Positions 1 through 10,637 of a DNA stretch of 64,000 nt are shown one piece after another. The notes beneath the pieces are model-generated. The model was not told where the DNA came from, did not search any database, and saw nothing but the letters and a program-made list of their open reading frames with translations. Both the position numbers and the translations under genes were made by a program. Positions within the stretch are counted from its first letter, which is position 1. Each line of letters opens with the position of its first letter. The stretch comes from Methanotrichaceae archaeon. Lineage in GTDB: Archaea > Halobacteriota > Methanosarcinia > Methanotrichales > Methanotrichaceae. The stretch is taken from NCBI GenBank assembly GCA_963748825.1, contig CAVVKN010000023.1:128001-192000 (forward strand), read 5' to 3'.

Positions 1-11
1 ACTGGACAGCC

Positions 12-341
12 ATGCCTGAAGCTACAGGTCACAATATAACGCTCAGGTTTTGCGGAGCAACCTTTGAGCCAAACGGAATGAGGTGGCGCCAGGGCAACTG
101 GAACTTAGACCTGAACATTACCAATAATGCAAACCAGACTGCCGAATACGACAGCTCGGACTTTGCCCTGGTAGATCAGTTCGGCTGGGCTTATCCTGGT
201 GAAGAAGGCGATGCGTTAAAGAAAATCCAGGCAGGAGAGGCGATGCGTTTCAACGTCAAGGTACCCTTCGTATCGGAAATATCCAGGCCCATGGCAATAC
301 TATTTAAGGGCATGAAGCTGGACATATCGGCGTGGGCGTGA
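12..341 (+). CDS. DUF4352-like (Ig-fold) domain protein, possibly 5'-truncated by the window edge
   Basis: Pattern 'LNITNN..DSSDFALVDQFGWAY...I.AGE' resembles DUF4352 domains; T-rich tract after the stop. Confidence 0.5.
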   Translation: MPEATGHNITLRFCGATFEPNGMRWRQGNWNLDLNITNNANQTAEYDSSDFALVDQFGWAYPGEEGDALKKIQAGEAMRFNVKVPFVSEISRPMAILFKGMKLDISAWA

Positions 342-543
342 GGCTCATCTCTTTTTCTACCTAGACTTGCTCATAGAATCGCTCGCAAGTTAGAATGCCA
401 GAGCAGATGGTTATCCATGCAAACGGCTGAAGAGAATAATAGAAGAGCACCAAAATGAGCTTAACGTTCAACTCCCTAGACTGCGCCAGAAAGCAACCAA
501 TTGCTGGACATTGTGGCCTAATTTAAGGCGTTTGACAATATAG

Positions 544-574
544 AGTATCCCGCAAATGATTTGCGGGGTACTCT
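544..574. terminator. Inverted-repeat hairpin downstream of the DUF1059 gene
   Basis: gagtatcccgcaaat-g-atttgcggggtactc, a near-perfect palindrome just past the minus-strand stop. Confidence 0.45.
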
Positions 575-582
575 TCAGCCAT

Positions 583-786
583 TTACTCCTTAACCGTGAC
601 AGGTTTGATGGCAGCTTTTACCTTTTCCATCGTACTTGGTTTTATCTCTTTCAGTCCGTGAGCACTCTCCGCGTGTACCTGAATATGCTCCATCAATTCT
701 TTATCGGTTTTGGCCTTTACCTCGAAGCCGCAGGTTGGCACCACATCCCTACAGCAAAACATCATGTATTCTGCATCTGGCATCAT
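583..786 (-). CDS. DUF1059 domain small metal-binding protein
   Basis: C-x-D...C-G-F-E..A.T..EL...H....H pattern; GAGGTG RBS upstream. Confidence 0.8.
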   Translation of the reverse strand: MMPDAEYMMFCCRDVVPTCGFEVKAKTDKELMEHIQVHAESAHGLKEIKPSTMEKVKAAIKPVTVKE

Positions 787-906
787 TACACCTCACATTA
801 TTTTCGCACTAAATTGTTATTTGTATTCTAAACAAATAAAGGTTACGGAATAGTTGGCTTTACGAAATATATCAAATTAGAAAAAATAGTAATGACTAAA
901 AATTTA

Positions 907-2160
907 TTAAGTTGGTGGCTTTGGTGGCTTCAGCAAGACAAATGCAATGATGATGCCCACGACAGCCAGGATCGCCACATAGGGGAATACACCCATGTAA
1001 CTGCCTGAGGCTGTTTTAATAGCACCTGCCAGTTGAGGTCCCACGATAGCACCAGCACCATATGCCAGGAATATCACGCCGTAATTTCTCGGATAGTCAG
1101 CCGTACCAAAGAAGCTTGCCGTCGCGGTGGGCGCTATAGCCAGCCAGCCACCCAGGCACATCCAGAGGATGGCGAAAGAGACGATATATAGTGTTTCTGC
1201 TCCAGGTCCTGCCATCTTCCACATTATCAACGATGCCAGGCCGATTAGGACGAAGGAAACAATAGCGGCATTCCTAGGGGTTATCTTGTCCGTAAGGGTT
1301 CCAAAGATGGGCCTGCCGCCTCCATTGAAAATGGCGAAGAAGCCAACCAGGAAAGAAGCGAGGCCAGTCTCAATCTGCACCACTTCTGTGCCTACGGGTT
1401 TGGATATGCCTATGGCCATAAGTCCTGCTATGCATCCAATGAAGTAGCACAGCCAAAGGCCTATGAAGCCAGGCGTCTTGATCATCTGCTCGCGTTTAAA
1501 ATCGCAGGTTACATGCGCTCCTGCCTTGGGTACTGGTGGCGTCCAGCCTGGGGGCTTGTAGCCTGCTGGCGGGAAGGCCAAAGGCATAGAACACAATGCA
1601 ATAATAATGATAAATGCAATTCCGAAGAAGCGGAAGGTGCTCATCACATCAAATGCGCCAATAAGATAGGTCGCTAAGTTGGCTGTGAAGAATGCTGAGA
1701 ATCCGAAGCCTAAAACTGTTAAGCCTACAGCGAGACCTCGCTTATCCGGGAACCATCTTGCTGAGACTGCTACAGGACAACCATAGGCTATCCCTACACC
1801 CAGGCCGCCGATTATTCCGTATGTCGGGTAAAGCATCTGCACTGAACCAGCTGTTGAAGCCATCAGCCAACCCAGACCGCAAATAACTCCTCCCGCCATG
1901 GCCATCTTGCGTGGCCCAAATTTTTCGATGTACTTACCTGAAAAAACCATGGCGATCGAGAAGATTGCAAGGAATATTGAAAACGGCAGCAGTACATCGC
2001 TTGCTGTAACCGTTTGGCCCATAGCTGTAAAGTGCTTTGTTAATGGATTCACGAAGACGGACCAGGAATAAACGCTGCCTAGACAAAGCATGATGATCGT
2101 GCCTAGGATGACGAACAACCAACGCCCACCGGGCGGCTCCTTAACCATATTTTCTGCCAT
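907..2160 (-). CDS. OFA (oxalate:formate antiporter) family MFS transporter
   Basis: About 12 hydrophobic segments; 'YSWSVF', 'RWFPDKRGLAVG', 'NGGGRPIFG', 'NYGVIF' motifs. Confidence 0.9.
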   Translation of the reverse strand: MAENMVKEPPGGRWLFVILGTIIMLCLGSVYSWSVFVNPLTKHFTAMGQTVTASDVLLPFSIFLAIFSIAMVFSGKYIEKFGPRKMAMAGGVICGLGWLMASTAGSVQMLYPTYGIIGGLGVGIAYGCPVAVSARWFPDKRGLAVGLTVLGFGFSAFFTANLATYLIGAFDVMSTFRFFGIAFIIIIALCSMPLAFPPAGYKPPGWTPPVPKAGAHVTCDFKREQMIKTPGFIGLWLCYFIGCIAGLMAIGISKPVGTEVVQIETGLASFLVGFFAIFNGGGRPIFGTLTDKITPRNAAIVSFVLIGLASLIMWKMAGPGAETLYIVSFAILWMCLGGWLAIAPTATASFFGTADYPRNYGVIFLAYGAGAIVGPQLAGAIKTASGSYMGVFPYVAILAVVGIIIAFVLLKPPKPPT

Positions 2161-2568
2161 AAGTTTAACACCCTTTTTTTATAGATATTAAATTATTCAC
2201 ATCCAATACTTCAATTAATATAGCTAGCATAGAAAAAATGCTTCCGTTCAGCTCTATTAATCCCTCCTCATCCCCTCCATCACCCTTGAAGAATTATTCA
2301 ATGGCTTGGACCTAATTTCGTCTCTCATATATTTAAATTTAGCGGCAATTATCGCGATTATAGATTATAATATTACACATATCGCAAAAATACCGCAGTC
2401 AATTTACATTCCTATTCGATGAACATCCCGCCGATCCAAAAAAGCATCCTTGATCAAGTGAAATTATCTATAGCTATCGACAATAAAGTATACGTCCCTA
2501 TGCAAATCATCGTTAATGGCAATCTCTTTTAAGGTGAATGGAGAATAACCGGGGAGGTGGTGCTAATT

Positions 2569-3138
2569 ATGCTAAAAGCCAACCCCAAGACATCATGGAA
2601 CAGCAATGAATGCATGCCAACGGTTGCAGCAACGGCTTACGTGGACGAATCCGCCATGATTATCGGCGACGTGCGCATTGGCGAAGAGGTTTATGTGGCC
2701 CCTTGCGTATCCTTGCGGGCGGACGAGGCCAACCCCATCATCATCGGCGATAAGTGCAACATCCAGGACGGCGTTGTCTTCCACGGCCTCATGGGAAGCT
2801 CCATACAGCTCGGAAAGCAGATCTCCATCGCCCATGGAGCCGTAATTCACGGACCCATGAAGATCGGGGATGAGAGCTTTGTGGGCTTCAACTCCGTGGT
2901 TCACGCCTCAACTCTGGGCAAGAAGTGCTTTGTCGGCCACGCGGCGGCAGTCATCGGTGTGAAGCTTGACGACGGCAAGTTCGTGCCCCACGGCGCTATT
3001 GTGGATACGCAGGAGAAGGCCGATGCGCTGGGATCTGTTCCCGAGAGCCTCAAGCACTTCAATGAGGAAGTGGTCGAGGTTAACTGCGAGTTTGCCAAAA
3101 GCTACAGAGTTCGGAAAAAATCCTGTGTAGGCGAGTAA
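2569..3138 (+). CDS. Gamma-class carbonic anhydrase (Cam/CamH-like)
   Basis: Hexapeptide repeats, 'LRADE', 'NIQDGVVFH', 'AHGAVIHGP' His ligands; GGAGGTG RBS before ATG 2569. Confidence 0.9.
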   Translation: MLKANPKTSWNSNECMPTVAATAYVDESAMIIGDVRIGEEVYVAPCVSLRADEANPIIIGDKCNIQDGVVFHGLMGSSIQLGKQISIAHGAVIHGPMKIGDESFVGFNSVVHASTLGKKCFVGHAAAVIGVKLDDGKFVPHGAIVDTQEKADALGSVPESLKHFNEEVVEVNCEFAKSYRVRKKSCVGE

Positions 3139-3279
3139 TAGGCAAGCAATAATCCAATATCAATCATTTTTTTGTTGTCTCTTTTCCAATTATCGCTCGG
3201 TTTTCATTCGGTTCCTTTTCGGACAAGAAATATATACATCCCTAGCCCTAAGCCCAAAGCTAGCTTTAGGTGATTGATA

Positions 3280-4308
3280 ATGGCCAAGATCAAAGCTGGC
3301 GTCTTAGGTGCCACTGGTGCCGTGGGACAGCGCTTCATTGAAGGATTGAAGAACCATCCCTGGTTTGAGCTGACGGGCCTCGCCGCTTCGGAGAGAAGCG
3401 CGGGCAAGAAGTACAAAGAAGCCGCCAAGTGGCGCCTGGAGAGCGAGATGCCCACAGAGATTGGTGAGATGACCGTGGTCAACGTCGATCCGCGAGAAGT
3501 CGATGCCGATATTGTCTTCTCGGCGCTTCCTGCGGCAGATGCAAAGACGGTTGAGCCTGCCTTCGCGGCAGCAGGCTTCGCGGTGGCCAGCAATACCAGC
3601 TCCTATCGCATGGTAGATGATGTGCCTCTACTCATACCGGAATGCAACTACGAGCATCTGGATCTCATTAAAGTGCAGCGCGAAAAGCGCGGCTGGGAAG
3701 GATATCTCACCACCAATCCCAACTGCACCACCATCATGTTCACCCTGCCCCTAAAGCCGCTCATGAAGTTCGGAATCAAGAGCGTGCATGTGGCATCAAT
3801 GCAGGCCGTGTCCGGAGCCGGCTATGAGGGCGTGCCCTCCATGGCAATACTTGGCAACGTCATTCCCTACATCGGCGGCGAGGAAGAGAAGGTGGAGACT
3901 GAGCCTCAGAAGATCCTGGGCCGCTTTGATGGCGAAAAAATCGTGAATGCAGACTTTTCGGTGAGCGCCAGTTGCCACCGCGTGCCGGTCATGGACGGGC
4001 ACACAGAAGCTATCTGGGTGACCATGAGAGATAATCCCACACCGGAAGAGGTCAAGAAGGCCATGCAAAGCTTTGATCCGGGCCTGGGTGATCTGCCCAC
4101 TTCGCCCAAAAAGGCGCTAATCGTCAAGGATGAGCCCGACCGACCCCAGCCCCGGCTGGACCGGGGCCGCGGCAACGGCATGGCCATCTCGGTAGGAAGG
4201 ATCAGATCTGGAATCAGGTTCATCTGCATGGGCCACAACACCGTGCGCGGCGCGGCGGGAGCCAGCATTCTAAATGCCGAATTGCTGGTGAAGAAAGGCC
4301 TGCTGTGA
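3280..4308 (+). CDS. asd: Aspartate-semialdehyde dehydrogenase
   Basis: GATGAVG, NPNC active site, SGAG, '[10 protein letters not shown]', 'HNTVRGAAG'. Confidence 0.97.
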   Translation: MAKIKAGVLGATGAVGQRFIEGLKNHPWFELTGLAASERSAGKKYKEAAKWRLESEMPTEIGEMTVVNVDPREVDADIVFSALPAADAKTVEPAFAAAGFAVASNTSSYRMVDDVPLLIPECNYEHLDLIKVQREKRGWEGYLTTNPNCTTIMFTLPLKPLMKFGIKSVHVASMQAVSGAGYEGVPSMAILGNVIPYIGGEEEKVETEPQKILGRFDGEKIVNADFSVSASCHRVPVMDGHTEAIWVTMRDNPTPEEVKKAMQSFDPGLGDLPTSPKKALIVKDEPDRPQPRLDRGRGNGMAISVGRIRSGIRFICMGHNTVRGAAGASILNAELLVKKGLL

Positions 4309-5270
4309 TGTTGATTGTAGCCTGGGAGGTGACGGCAGCCTGCAATTTGTCCTGCGGCTACTGCCGCGCCTCTGCCTCCTCGTTGCCCGATGCGGATGAG
4401 CTTTCCACGAAGGAGGCGCTTTCTTTTCTGGACAGCATTGTACCCTTGCAGCCCATGCTCATCTTAAGCGGCGGCGAGCCCTTGCTGCGGCCCGATATCT
4501 TCCAGATAGCACGTCACGGCGTATCTTTGGGCCTGCGCGTCTCTTTGGCCAGCAATGGAACATTGATCACCCCGCAGGTGGCAGATGAGATTGCTGCCGC
4601 CGGCATATCGCGGGTCAGCATCAGCTTGGACGGCGTAACGCCCGAAAAGCATGATCAGACTCGCGGCCCGGGAAGTTTTCAAGCGGCCTTGCAGGGAATA
4701 GAAAATCTGCGCGGCAAGGTCGATTTTCAGATCAACAATACCCTTACCAGTAAGAATGACGCCGATGTCGCACTCATCTTTGACCTTGCCCAAAGAGTGG
4801 GGGCTCGTGCCCTGCACTTCTTTTTCCTGGTGGCCACAGGCCGGGGCCGGGAGGCGGATCTCATCTCGCCGGAGCGGCAGGAGCAGCTTCTCCTCGAGAT
4901 CGACAGGGAGCGGGCGCGACGGCCAATCGAAGTGCAGGTCACCTGCGCGCCCCAGTACGCTCGAATAGCCAGGCCCGGAAGGGGCCATGCCGGCGGGTGC
5001 CTCGCGGGCAAAAGCTTCGTCTTTGTCTCGCGAAAGGGCGATGTCTATCCCTGCGGCTATTTTCCCCTGCGGGTCGGAAACATCAGGGAAAAGAATTTTA
5101 TAGAGATATGGGAGAATGCTGCAGAGCTTCGGGCGCTGCGAGAGAGGGCGCTTACTGGAAAGTGCGGACGGTGCAGCTTTGTAGGAATATGCGGAGGCTG
5201 CCGGGCGCGGGCCTATGCCGAAACGGGTGATTTCCTGGGACCGGACCCCGCCTGCCGTCTGGAAGTGTAG
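4308..5270 (+). CDS. ahbD: Radical SAM/SPASM heme b synthase (AhbD-like)
   Basis: WEVT..CNLSCGYC, SGGEP, 'TCAPQY', SPASM cysteines; adjacent to an ahbA-like gene. Confidence 0.75.
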   Translation: MLIVAWEVTAACNLSCGYCRASASSLPDADELSTKEALSFLDSIVPLQPMLILSGGEPLLRPDIFQIARHGVSLGLRVSLASNGTLITPQVADEIAAAGISRVSISLDGVTPEKHDQTRGPGSFQAALQGIENLRGKVDFQINNTLTSKNDADVALIFDLAQRVGARALHFFFLVATGRGREADLISPERQEQLLLEIDRERARRPIEVQVTCAPQYARIARPGRGHAGGCLAGKSFVFVSRKGDVYPCGYFPLRVGNIREKNFIEIWENAAELRALRERALTGKCGRCSFVGICGGCRARAYAETGDFLGPDPACRLEV

Positions 5271-5272
5271 CC

Positions 5273-5722
5273 ATGGATGAGATAGACCTAGAGCTGCTTT
5301 CTGCTGTGCAAGACGGCTTTCCCATAACGCCTCGACCTTTCCGGGATTTGGGCCAGGCCCTGGGACTGGAGGAAGAAGAGGTAATAGAGCGACTGGCCTC
5401 CTTGCAGAAGGAGGGGTTGGTGAGGAGGATTGGGCCGATTCTTGATCTTCGCAAATTGGGGCGCAGTGGAATATTGGCGGCTCTAGAAGTGCCCCGGGAA
5501 GAGGCGGATGGGGCGGCCCAGGTCATTAATGAGTACACTGAGGTCTCGCACAACTATTTGCGTCCCGATGATAGCGGCTACAATCTGTGGTTTACTGTGT
5601 CGGCCACCGAGGAGCGAATCCAGGAAATATTGCAGGAGATCAGGATCAAGACGGGAAGAAAGATGCTGGTATTGCCCACCCTCAGGATATTTAAGATCGG
5701 CGTTAAGTTCGACATAGTTTGA
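5273..5722 (+). CDS. ahbA: Siroheme decarboxylase subunit (Lrp/AsnC-like, AhbA)
   Basis: 'Q.GFPI..RPF', 'VSHNYLR', 'YNLWFT', 'FKIGVKF'. Confidence 0.8.
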   Translation: MDEIDLELLSAVQDGFPITPRPFRDLGQALGLEEEEVIERLASLQKEGLVRRIGPILDLRKLGRSGILAALEVPREEADGAAQVINEYTEVSHNYLRPDDSGYNLWFTVSATEERIQEILQEIRIKTGRKMLVLPTLRIFKIGVKFDIV

Positions 5723-5757
5723 TAATTTGATATACCAGGAAGAGCATCGGTTAGATT

Positions 5758-6030
5758 ATGGCTAAACTCATTCTGATGGACTTTTATGCGGACTGGTGCG
5801 GACCATGCAAGATGCAGGGCCCAATCTTCGAGGATCTGGCCAAGGATTTCAGCGATAAGGTGGAATTTCGGAAGATCAATGTGGACAAAGAGGGCGACCT
5901 GGCTCTCGAGAAAGGCATCATGGTTGTGCCCACCATCATCTTGGAGAGGGACGGCGTGGAAGTACAGAAGTGGATGGGCGTCACTTCCAAAGAAGAGCTG
6001 ATAAAAGCGATCAACATCGCCTCGAAGTAG
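5758..6030 (+). CDS. Thioredoxin
   Basis: DFYADWCGPC motif and VPT cis-Pro loop. Confidence 0.95.
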   Translation: MAKLILMDFYADWCGPCKMQGPIFEDLAKDFSDKVEFRKINVDKEGDLALEKGIMVVPTIILERDGVEVQKWMGVTSKEELIKAINIASK

Positions 6031-6060
6031 ATAAAAAGGAAAAGAGGAGCGGAAAGGAGA

Positions 6061-7035
6061 GTGAGAATGGCGGGAGGGGACTATTGCCTGGAGGCGGTGC
6101 GAAGGATCAACAGCCGTGGTGGCTGTGCGCCTCATCTCGCCCTGCGCTTCGACTCTCACCTCTTTTCCATAGACACCAGCCGTGCTCCCAAAGCCTGCGT
6201 GCAGCCCGATGCCTATCTCATCACTCATGCCCACAGCGATCACTACGGCAAATCGGCCATGAACTCCCCGCGGGCTATTGCCTCTGTGCAGACGGCACGC
6301 GCTCTAGAGATTCGCTATGAACGGGAGTACAAAGGCCGCACCTTTGAGGTTGGGCAGAGCATTGTTGTCGATGATGTGAAAGTGGACACGCATACTACCG
6401 GCCACACCATAGGCTCGACTGCTTTCTCCTGGCAGACGGAGACGGGTGAAAGGGTGCTGGTAACGGGGGACGTAAAAGACTACCAACATCTGCCGAAATG
6501 CGATTTTCTGGTCTCGGAAGCCAACTACGGCGATCCCTATGATCCCTCCTGCATCTTTGAGGACGATCTGGCCGGATTTTCCGAGGCTCTGGAGACCGGG
6601 GCGAGCTTTGGTGCCTATGCCTTTGGCAAAGCCCAGCGGGCGGTGGCTCTCATGAGAGCGATGGGCTACAAGGATGAGATCGGCATGGACGAGAAGAGCC
6701 TGGTTCTGACGCGAGAGCTGATGAAAGATGCTGCCGGGCCGCTCACAGAGGTGAACGGGGGCATATCCAATGTGGTCACGCCCTGGAATTTGCACCAGGT
6801 GAGGAGCCGCAACAAGTATTTCCTCACAGGAAGAAGGGATACCTCTTACCCCACTATTCAACTGAGCGATCACCTGGACTTTCGCGGCCTGATGAAGATG
6901 ATAGAGCACGTCTCGCCCAAGGAAGTTTTGGTCTATCACCCCGAAGGAGAGAGGGCGAGCCTGCTGGCCCATCATCTACAGGAGTGCGGCCTGGAGACGA
7001 CATCGCTCGACCTGATTGAGAAGTTTGTGCGATAA
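6061..7035 (+). CDS. Metallo-beta-lactamase fold hydrolase (beta-CASP-like)
   Basis: THAHSDH, GHTIGS, TGD, EANYG, LSDH motifs. Confidence 0.85.
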   Translation: MRMAGGDYCLEAVRRINSRGGCAPHLALRFDSHLFSIDTSRAPKACVQPDAYLITHAHSDHYGKSAMNSPRAIASVQTARALEIRYEREYKGRTFEVGQSIVVDDVKVDTHTTGHTIGSTAFSWQTETGERVLVTGDVKDYQHLPKCDFLVSEANYGDPYDPSCIFEDDLAGFSEALETGASFGAYAFGKAQRAVALMRAMGYKDEIGMDEKSLVLTRELMKDAAGPLTEVNGGISNVVTPWNLHQVRSRNKYFLTGRRDTSYPTIQLSDHLDFRGLMKMIEHVSPKEVLVYHPEGERASLLAHHLQECGLETTSLDLIEKFVR

Positions 7036-7205
7036 TTTATAACGAAATGTTCTCATCCAGTTTATACAATGCCGTCTGTTACATTTAATCCTGTGCTGAC
7101 CCTGAAAAGCATATTTAAAGCAGGCAGACACAGAGTCTCTCTTGAATGATTTCCACTCCCTCGCGTTGAAGTTGGAGGGCGTGAAAAAATTAGGAGGACG
7201 CGACA

Positions 7206-8147
7206 TTGGTAGACCTCTTCGGCAAAAAGAAGCTGGAAGATCGCATTTTAGAGCTGCAGGCCGAACTGGCGAAGCTGGAAGGCGAAAAAGAGGAATTCCT
7301 GCGCACTTTGGAAAAGCGTGAGGAGAAGATCCGCAGGCTTACCAGTGCCAACCAGGAGGCCAATTTAGCCCTCAAAGCAGCCGAGCAAAAGGCTGCCGCC
7401 ACTCTCTCCGCACCTGTGCAAGCTGCGGTCGAGAAATGCGAGGAGCAAAAGCCCAAGGCAAGAAAGCTGAGCTTGCGAGAGATGGATATGCTCATGGAGA
7501 GGCTCAAGGTCTGCCGCTCTCCCCGGGATGATCTGCTGGTTGCTTTTTACTCTGGCCCCATTCCAGGGGACGCCGGGCTTCCCCTGCAAATTAAAAAGGC
7601 CGTTGCCACCATCAAATCCCCGCGGGGCGTGATAATCCTGCATAGTCCCCAGCTTTTCTCTCTGCTTCTTATTCCGCCTTTTCCCATCCAGGAGAGCCTC
7701 TCTCGGGAAAGCGGCACCTTTGCACTCGATCTCATAGGAGAGATGATGGACACGCCGGTGCTGGTCATATCAGCCCACGCCGGAGAGACCTTCCTGGGGG
7801 TGGCTCTTTCTCGAGAGGGTTTTCTGGCGGAGGAGCTGGTGGAAAGCCAGGTAATGGGGAAGCACTCCAAAGGCGGCTGGAGCCAGAAGAGGTTTGAGAG
7901 GCTACGTGAGGAGGACATCAAGAGCCACGTCGATCTTGCGTCGCAAAAACTGGCTGAGCTGATGGGCAAGTATAAAACTCTCCTCAAGTATGCCGTGCTG
8001 TCGGGTGAGGAGAGCCTCATCCGCCAGATCGCTCCCGCAATCGATCTTCCCGTGATAGAGAGAAGGCTGGAGCGGCATGACGATCGAAAGACAAAGGAGC
8101 TCTTAGAAGAGGTTTATGGCTTTACCTGCTACAGAATTGAGATATAA
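7206..8147 (+). CDS. Vms1/Ankzf1-like release factor (archaeal VLRF1 clade)
   Basis: N-terminal coiled coil; 'GKHSKGGWSQKRFER' catalytic loop of VLRF1 proteins; GGAGG RBS before TTG. Confidence 0.8.
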   Translation: MVDLFGKKKLEDRILELQAELAKLEGEKEEFLRTLEKREEKIRRLTSANQEANLALKAAEQKAAATLSAPVQAAVEKCEEQKPKARKLSLREMDMLMERLKVCRSPRDDLLVAFYSGPIPGDAGLPLQIKKAVATIKSPRGVIILHSPQLFSLLLIPPFPIQESLSRESGTFALDLIGEMMDTPVLVISAHAGETFLGVALSREGFLAEELVESQVMGKHSKGGWSQKRFERLREEDIKSHVDLASQKLAELMGKYKTLLKYAVLSGEESLIRQIAPAIDLPVIERRLERHDDRKTKELLEEVYGFTCYRIEI

Positions 8148-8170
8148 AATCCGATTGAGAGAGGCGTCAG

Positions 8171-9010
8171 ATGAGCTCGCAGCCTGAGGACAAAAAAGGA
8201 CATGACGATCCAGAAGAGCTTTCCCGCGCCTGGGACTGGCATGTGCGAAGAAAAGTAGCCTGGAGTGCCGATACGCCTGAGAAGATCCTGGATACATTGA
8301 GCCGGGACAAGGTGCAATGGGTGAGGGAAGCAGTAGCCGGAAACTCGAGATCATCGCCTTTGGCACTCATCCGGCTAGCTGAGGACAGCTCCGGATACGT
8401 GCGGTCGGCGGTGGCTTTGAACAGCCGCGCCACAAGCGAGATTTTGGAGATGCTGGCGTCAGATGAGATGGTGGACTATGACAGCACCTTGCAGAAGAAT
8501 CGCTATCTGGTAAAGGAGGCAGTGGCCAAGAGCCCTAACATAAATCCGCCGACACTGGCCTTTCTCGCCCGCGACTCAGAGGAGCATGTGCGGTCAGCGG
8601 CGGCATCCAATCCACTCTTGTCTGTGGAATCGATGGGCAAGATGGTAAAAGATGTGTTCTGGGAAGTCCGGGACAATATTGCCAAAAACCCCTCGACTCC
8701 GGAGGATTTGCTCATCTATCTTTCAGCCGATAGGATCATGGATGTGCGGGTAACGGCGGCGCAAAATCCCCGCACGCCCGCAGGGGCGCTGGCGGCCCTC
8801 GCTGCCGACAGGAGCTGGGAGGTAAGGGAAGCGCTGGCCAGCAATGAAAAGCTGGAGGGCAAGATCCTGGAAGAACTCTCTGGCCACTGGTCCTGGATGG
8901 TTAGGGTGGCTGTAGCCCAAAATCCCAATACGCCTGCCGAGACATTGAAACGGCTGGCAGAGGATCCGGATCAGAGTGTGCAGAAGGCGGCGCGGGGGAG
9001 AATAAGGTAG
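8171..9010 (+). CDS. HEAT-like / leucine-rich-variant repeat protein
   Basis: About 10 repeats of 'LA.D....VR..VA.NP.TP...L'. Confidence 0.85.
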   Translation: MSSQPEDKKGHDDPEELSRAWDWHVRRKVAWSADTPEKILDTLSRDKVQWVREAVAGNSRSSPLALIRLAEDSSGYVRSAVALNSRATSEILEMLASDEMVDYDSTLQKNRYLVKEAVAKSPNINPPTLAFLARDSEEHVRSAAASNPLLSVESMGKMVKDVFWEVRDNIAKNPSTPEDLLIYLSADRIMDVRVTAAQNPRTPAGALAALAADRSWEVREALASNEKLEGKILEELSGHWSWMVRVAVAQNPNTPAETLKRLAEDPDQSVQKAARGRIR

Positions 9011-9260
9011 TTGATAATTGCCCTTCGTTTCCTCGTTCGTTTCTAAATTATCTCAGGACGATCTTGTGTCTCCTGCATGGGCCTGCACCAGGGCCACATC
9101 CCCCCTTCCAGAAGTATCAAAAAGTAAATAGCATCAAGACTGCATGGGTTATGCACTCACCTTGCGGCTCTAATCACTGTGCTATTGTTACTAATAATGA
9201 TCATATATTTAATACATGACATAGGAAAGTCTTTATGTCTCTTTCGCTCATGGTAAACAA

Positions 9261-9941
9261 ATGGAGGAATTTAGTATAAAAATCTTCAGATTCTTGGTAA
9301 TAGCTTTATTGCTATCTGTATTAGCTGTATTTGCAACTGCAGCGGAAGAAAAATCCAGTGTTTCCGGCGAGCAAGCCCTACAAAAGCTCATGGAGGGCAA
9401 CGCACGGTTCGTATCTGGCAATGTTACTCATCCCGACCAATCTGCAGATCGCCGTAACGAACTCGTCTCTGGACAGCATCCCTTTGCGGTTGTTGTGGGA
9501 TGCTCCGATTCCAGGGTTCCCCCAGAGGTTGTCTTTGATCAGGGTCTGGGAGACATCTTCGTGATCAGGACTGCCGGAGAGGTTATGGATAACGTCACCT
9601 TGGCCAGTATTGAATATGCTGTAGAGCACTTGAATGTGGCCCTCGTAGTTGTACTGGGCCATGATAGCTGCGGAGCAGTAACTGCGGTCATAAAAGGTGG
9701 AGAGGTGCCAGGCCACTTGGATAGCCTAGTCAACTTCATCCAACCGGCAGTAGATGAGGCCAAGGCAGCAGGCGACGAGGGACAGCTCCTGAACAACTCC
9801 ATCAACAACAACGTCAAGAACATCGTGGAAGAGCTGAACGTATCTCAGCCCATCCTGTCTGAGATGGTCGAGGAAGGCAAGCTCAAAGTAGTAGGTGCTC
9901 GCTACCATCTGGATAGCGGGACTGTGGAAATCTTAGAGTAA
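9261..9941 (+). CDS. Beta-class carbonic anhydrase with predicted signal peptide
   Basis: CSDSRV, 'RTAG', 'EYAV', HDSCGAV zinc motifs; hydrophobic N-terminus ending ATA-A. Confidence 0.92.
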   Translation: MEEFSIKIFRFLVIALLLSVLAVFATAAEEKSSVSGEQALQKLMEGNARFVSGNVTHPDQSADRRNELVSGQHPFAVVVGCSDSRVPPEVVFDQGLGDIFVIRTAGEVMDNVTLASIEYAVEHLNVALVVVLGHDSCGAVTAVIKGGEVPGHLDSLVNFIQPAVDEAKAAGDEGQLLNNSINNNVKNIVEELNVSQPILSEMVEEGKLKVVGARYHLDSGTVEILE

Positions 9942-10637
9942 TCTTTTCCTGGGCTCGGGGACAGCTTATTCCCCTTGGGCCCCTTTATTAAATAATCGCG
10001 GGATGTTCACGCACTCAGTCATTGGTCGCATATTTTATAAATATGCTTTCGACCTCGCAAAATCCTGCGGTCTGCGTTCTGGATTCTACAAGGTTTTTTG
10101 ATTCAGACGATGCAGGTCAATCGATAGATGGCAATTGTCGAAAATTCAATCCATAAAGAAATCATCAATTCTGCTTTGCCGACTTAATGGGAGGAAAGAA
10201 TGGCCCGAAAGGCGGCATCGGACTATGCTGGCAAGCCAATCGCGTCTTCGGACTGTAATGGAGCTGAGTCCGGGAGCTGAACCATCACAATCGAGATGAG
10301 ACAGATTGCACTTATTTCCTTCTAGGCCATAGTTACACCTAAGCACTTCTGGAATAATATAGACGATTGTGTACAACTTAGATGCTTAATTTTAACAGAT
10401 CCGAGCGCCGAGCTATCTCCTGAATTTGATAAGATGTAAAGCTCTATCAGGGCGCTTGTGGGCGGCATCGAAGCCGTCCAGCTTAAACACTATGGCCACC
10501 TGGCTGCGAAGGCTGCGTCTTGAGCCCGGCATCTGCGATTGTGCCCGTCTCTGCGCCAGATTCTGGTCTCGCGCAGAAGGGCCATTGATGGAGGAATAAC
10601 AGGCAGTTGCCATCCATCACCAAGACTCAAAACGCCT

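Noticed and set aside
10146-10613. Short minus-strand ORFs after the dCMP deaminase
   Set aside because: No motifs or clear translation signals; may be decayed sequence
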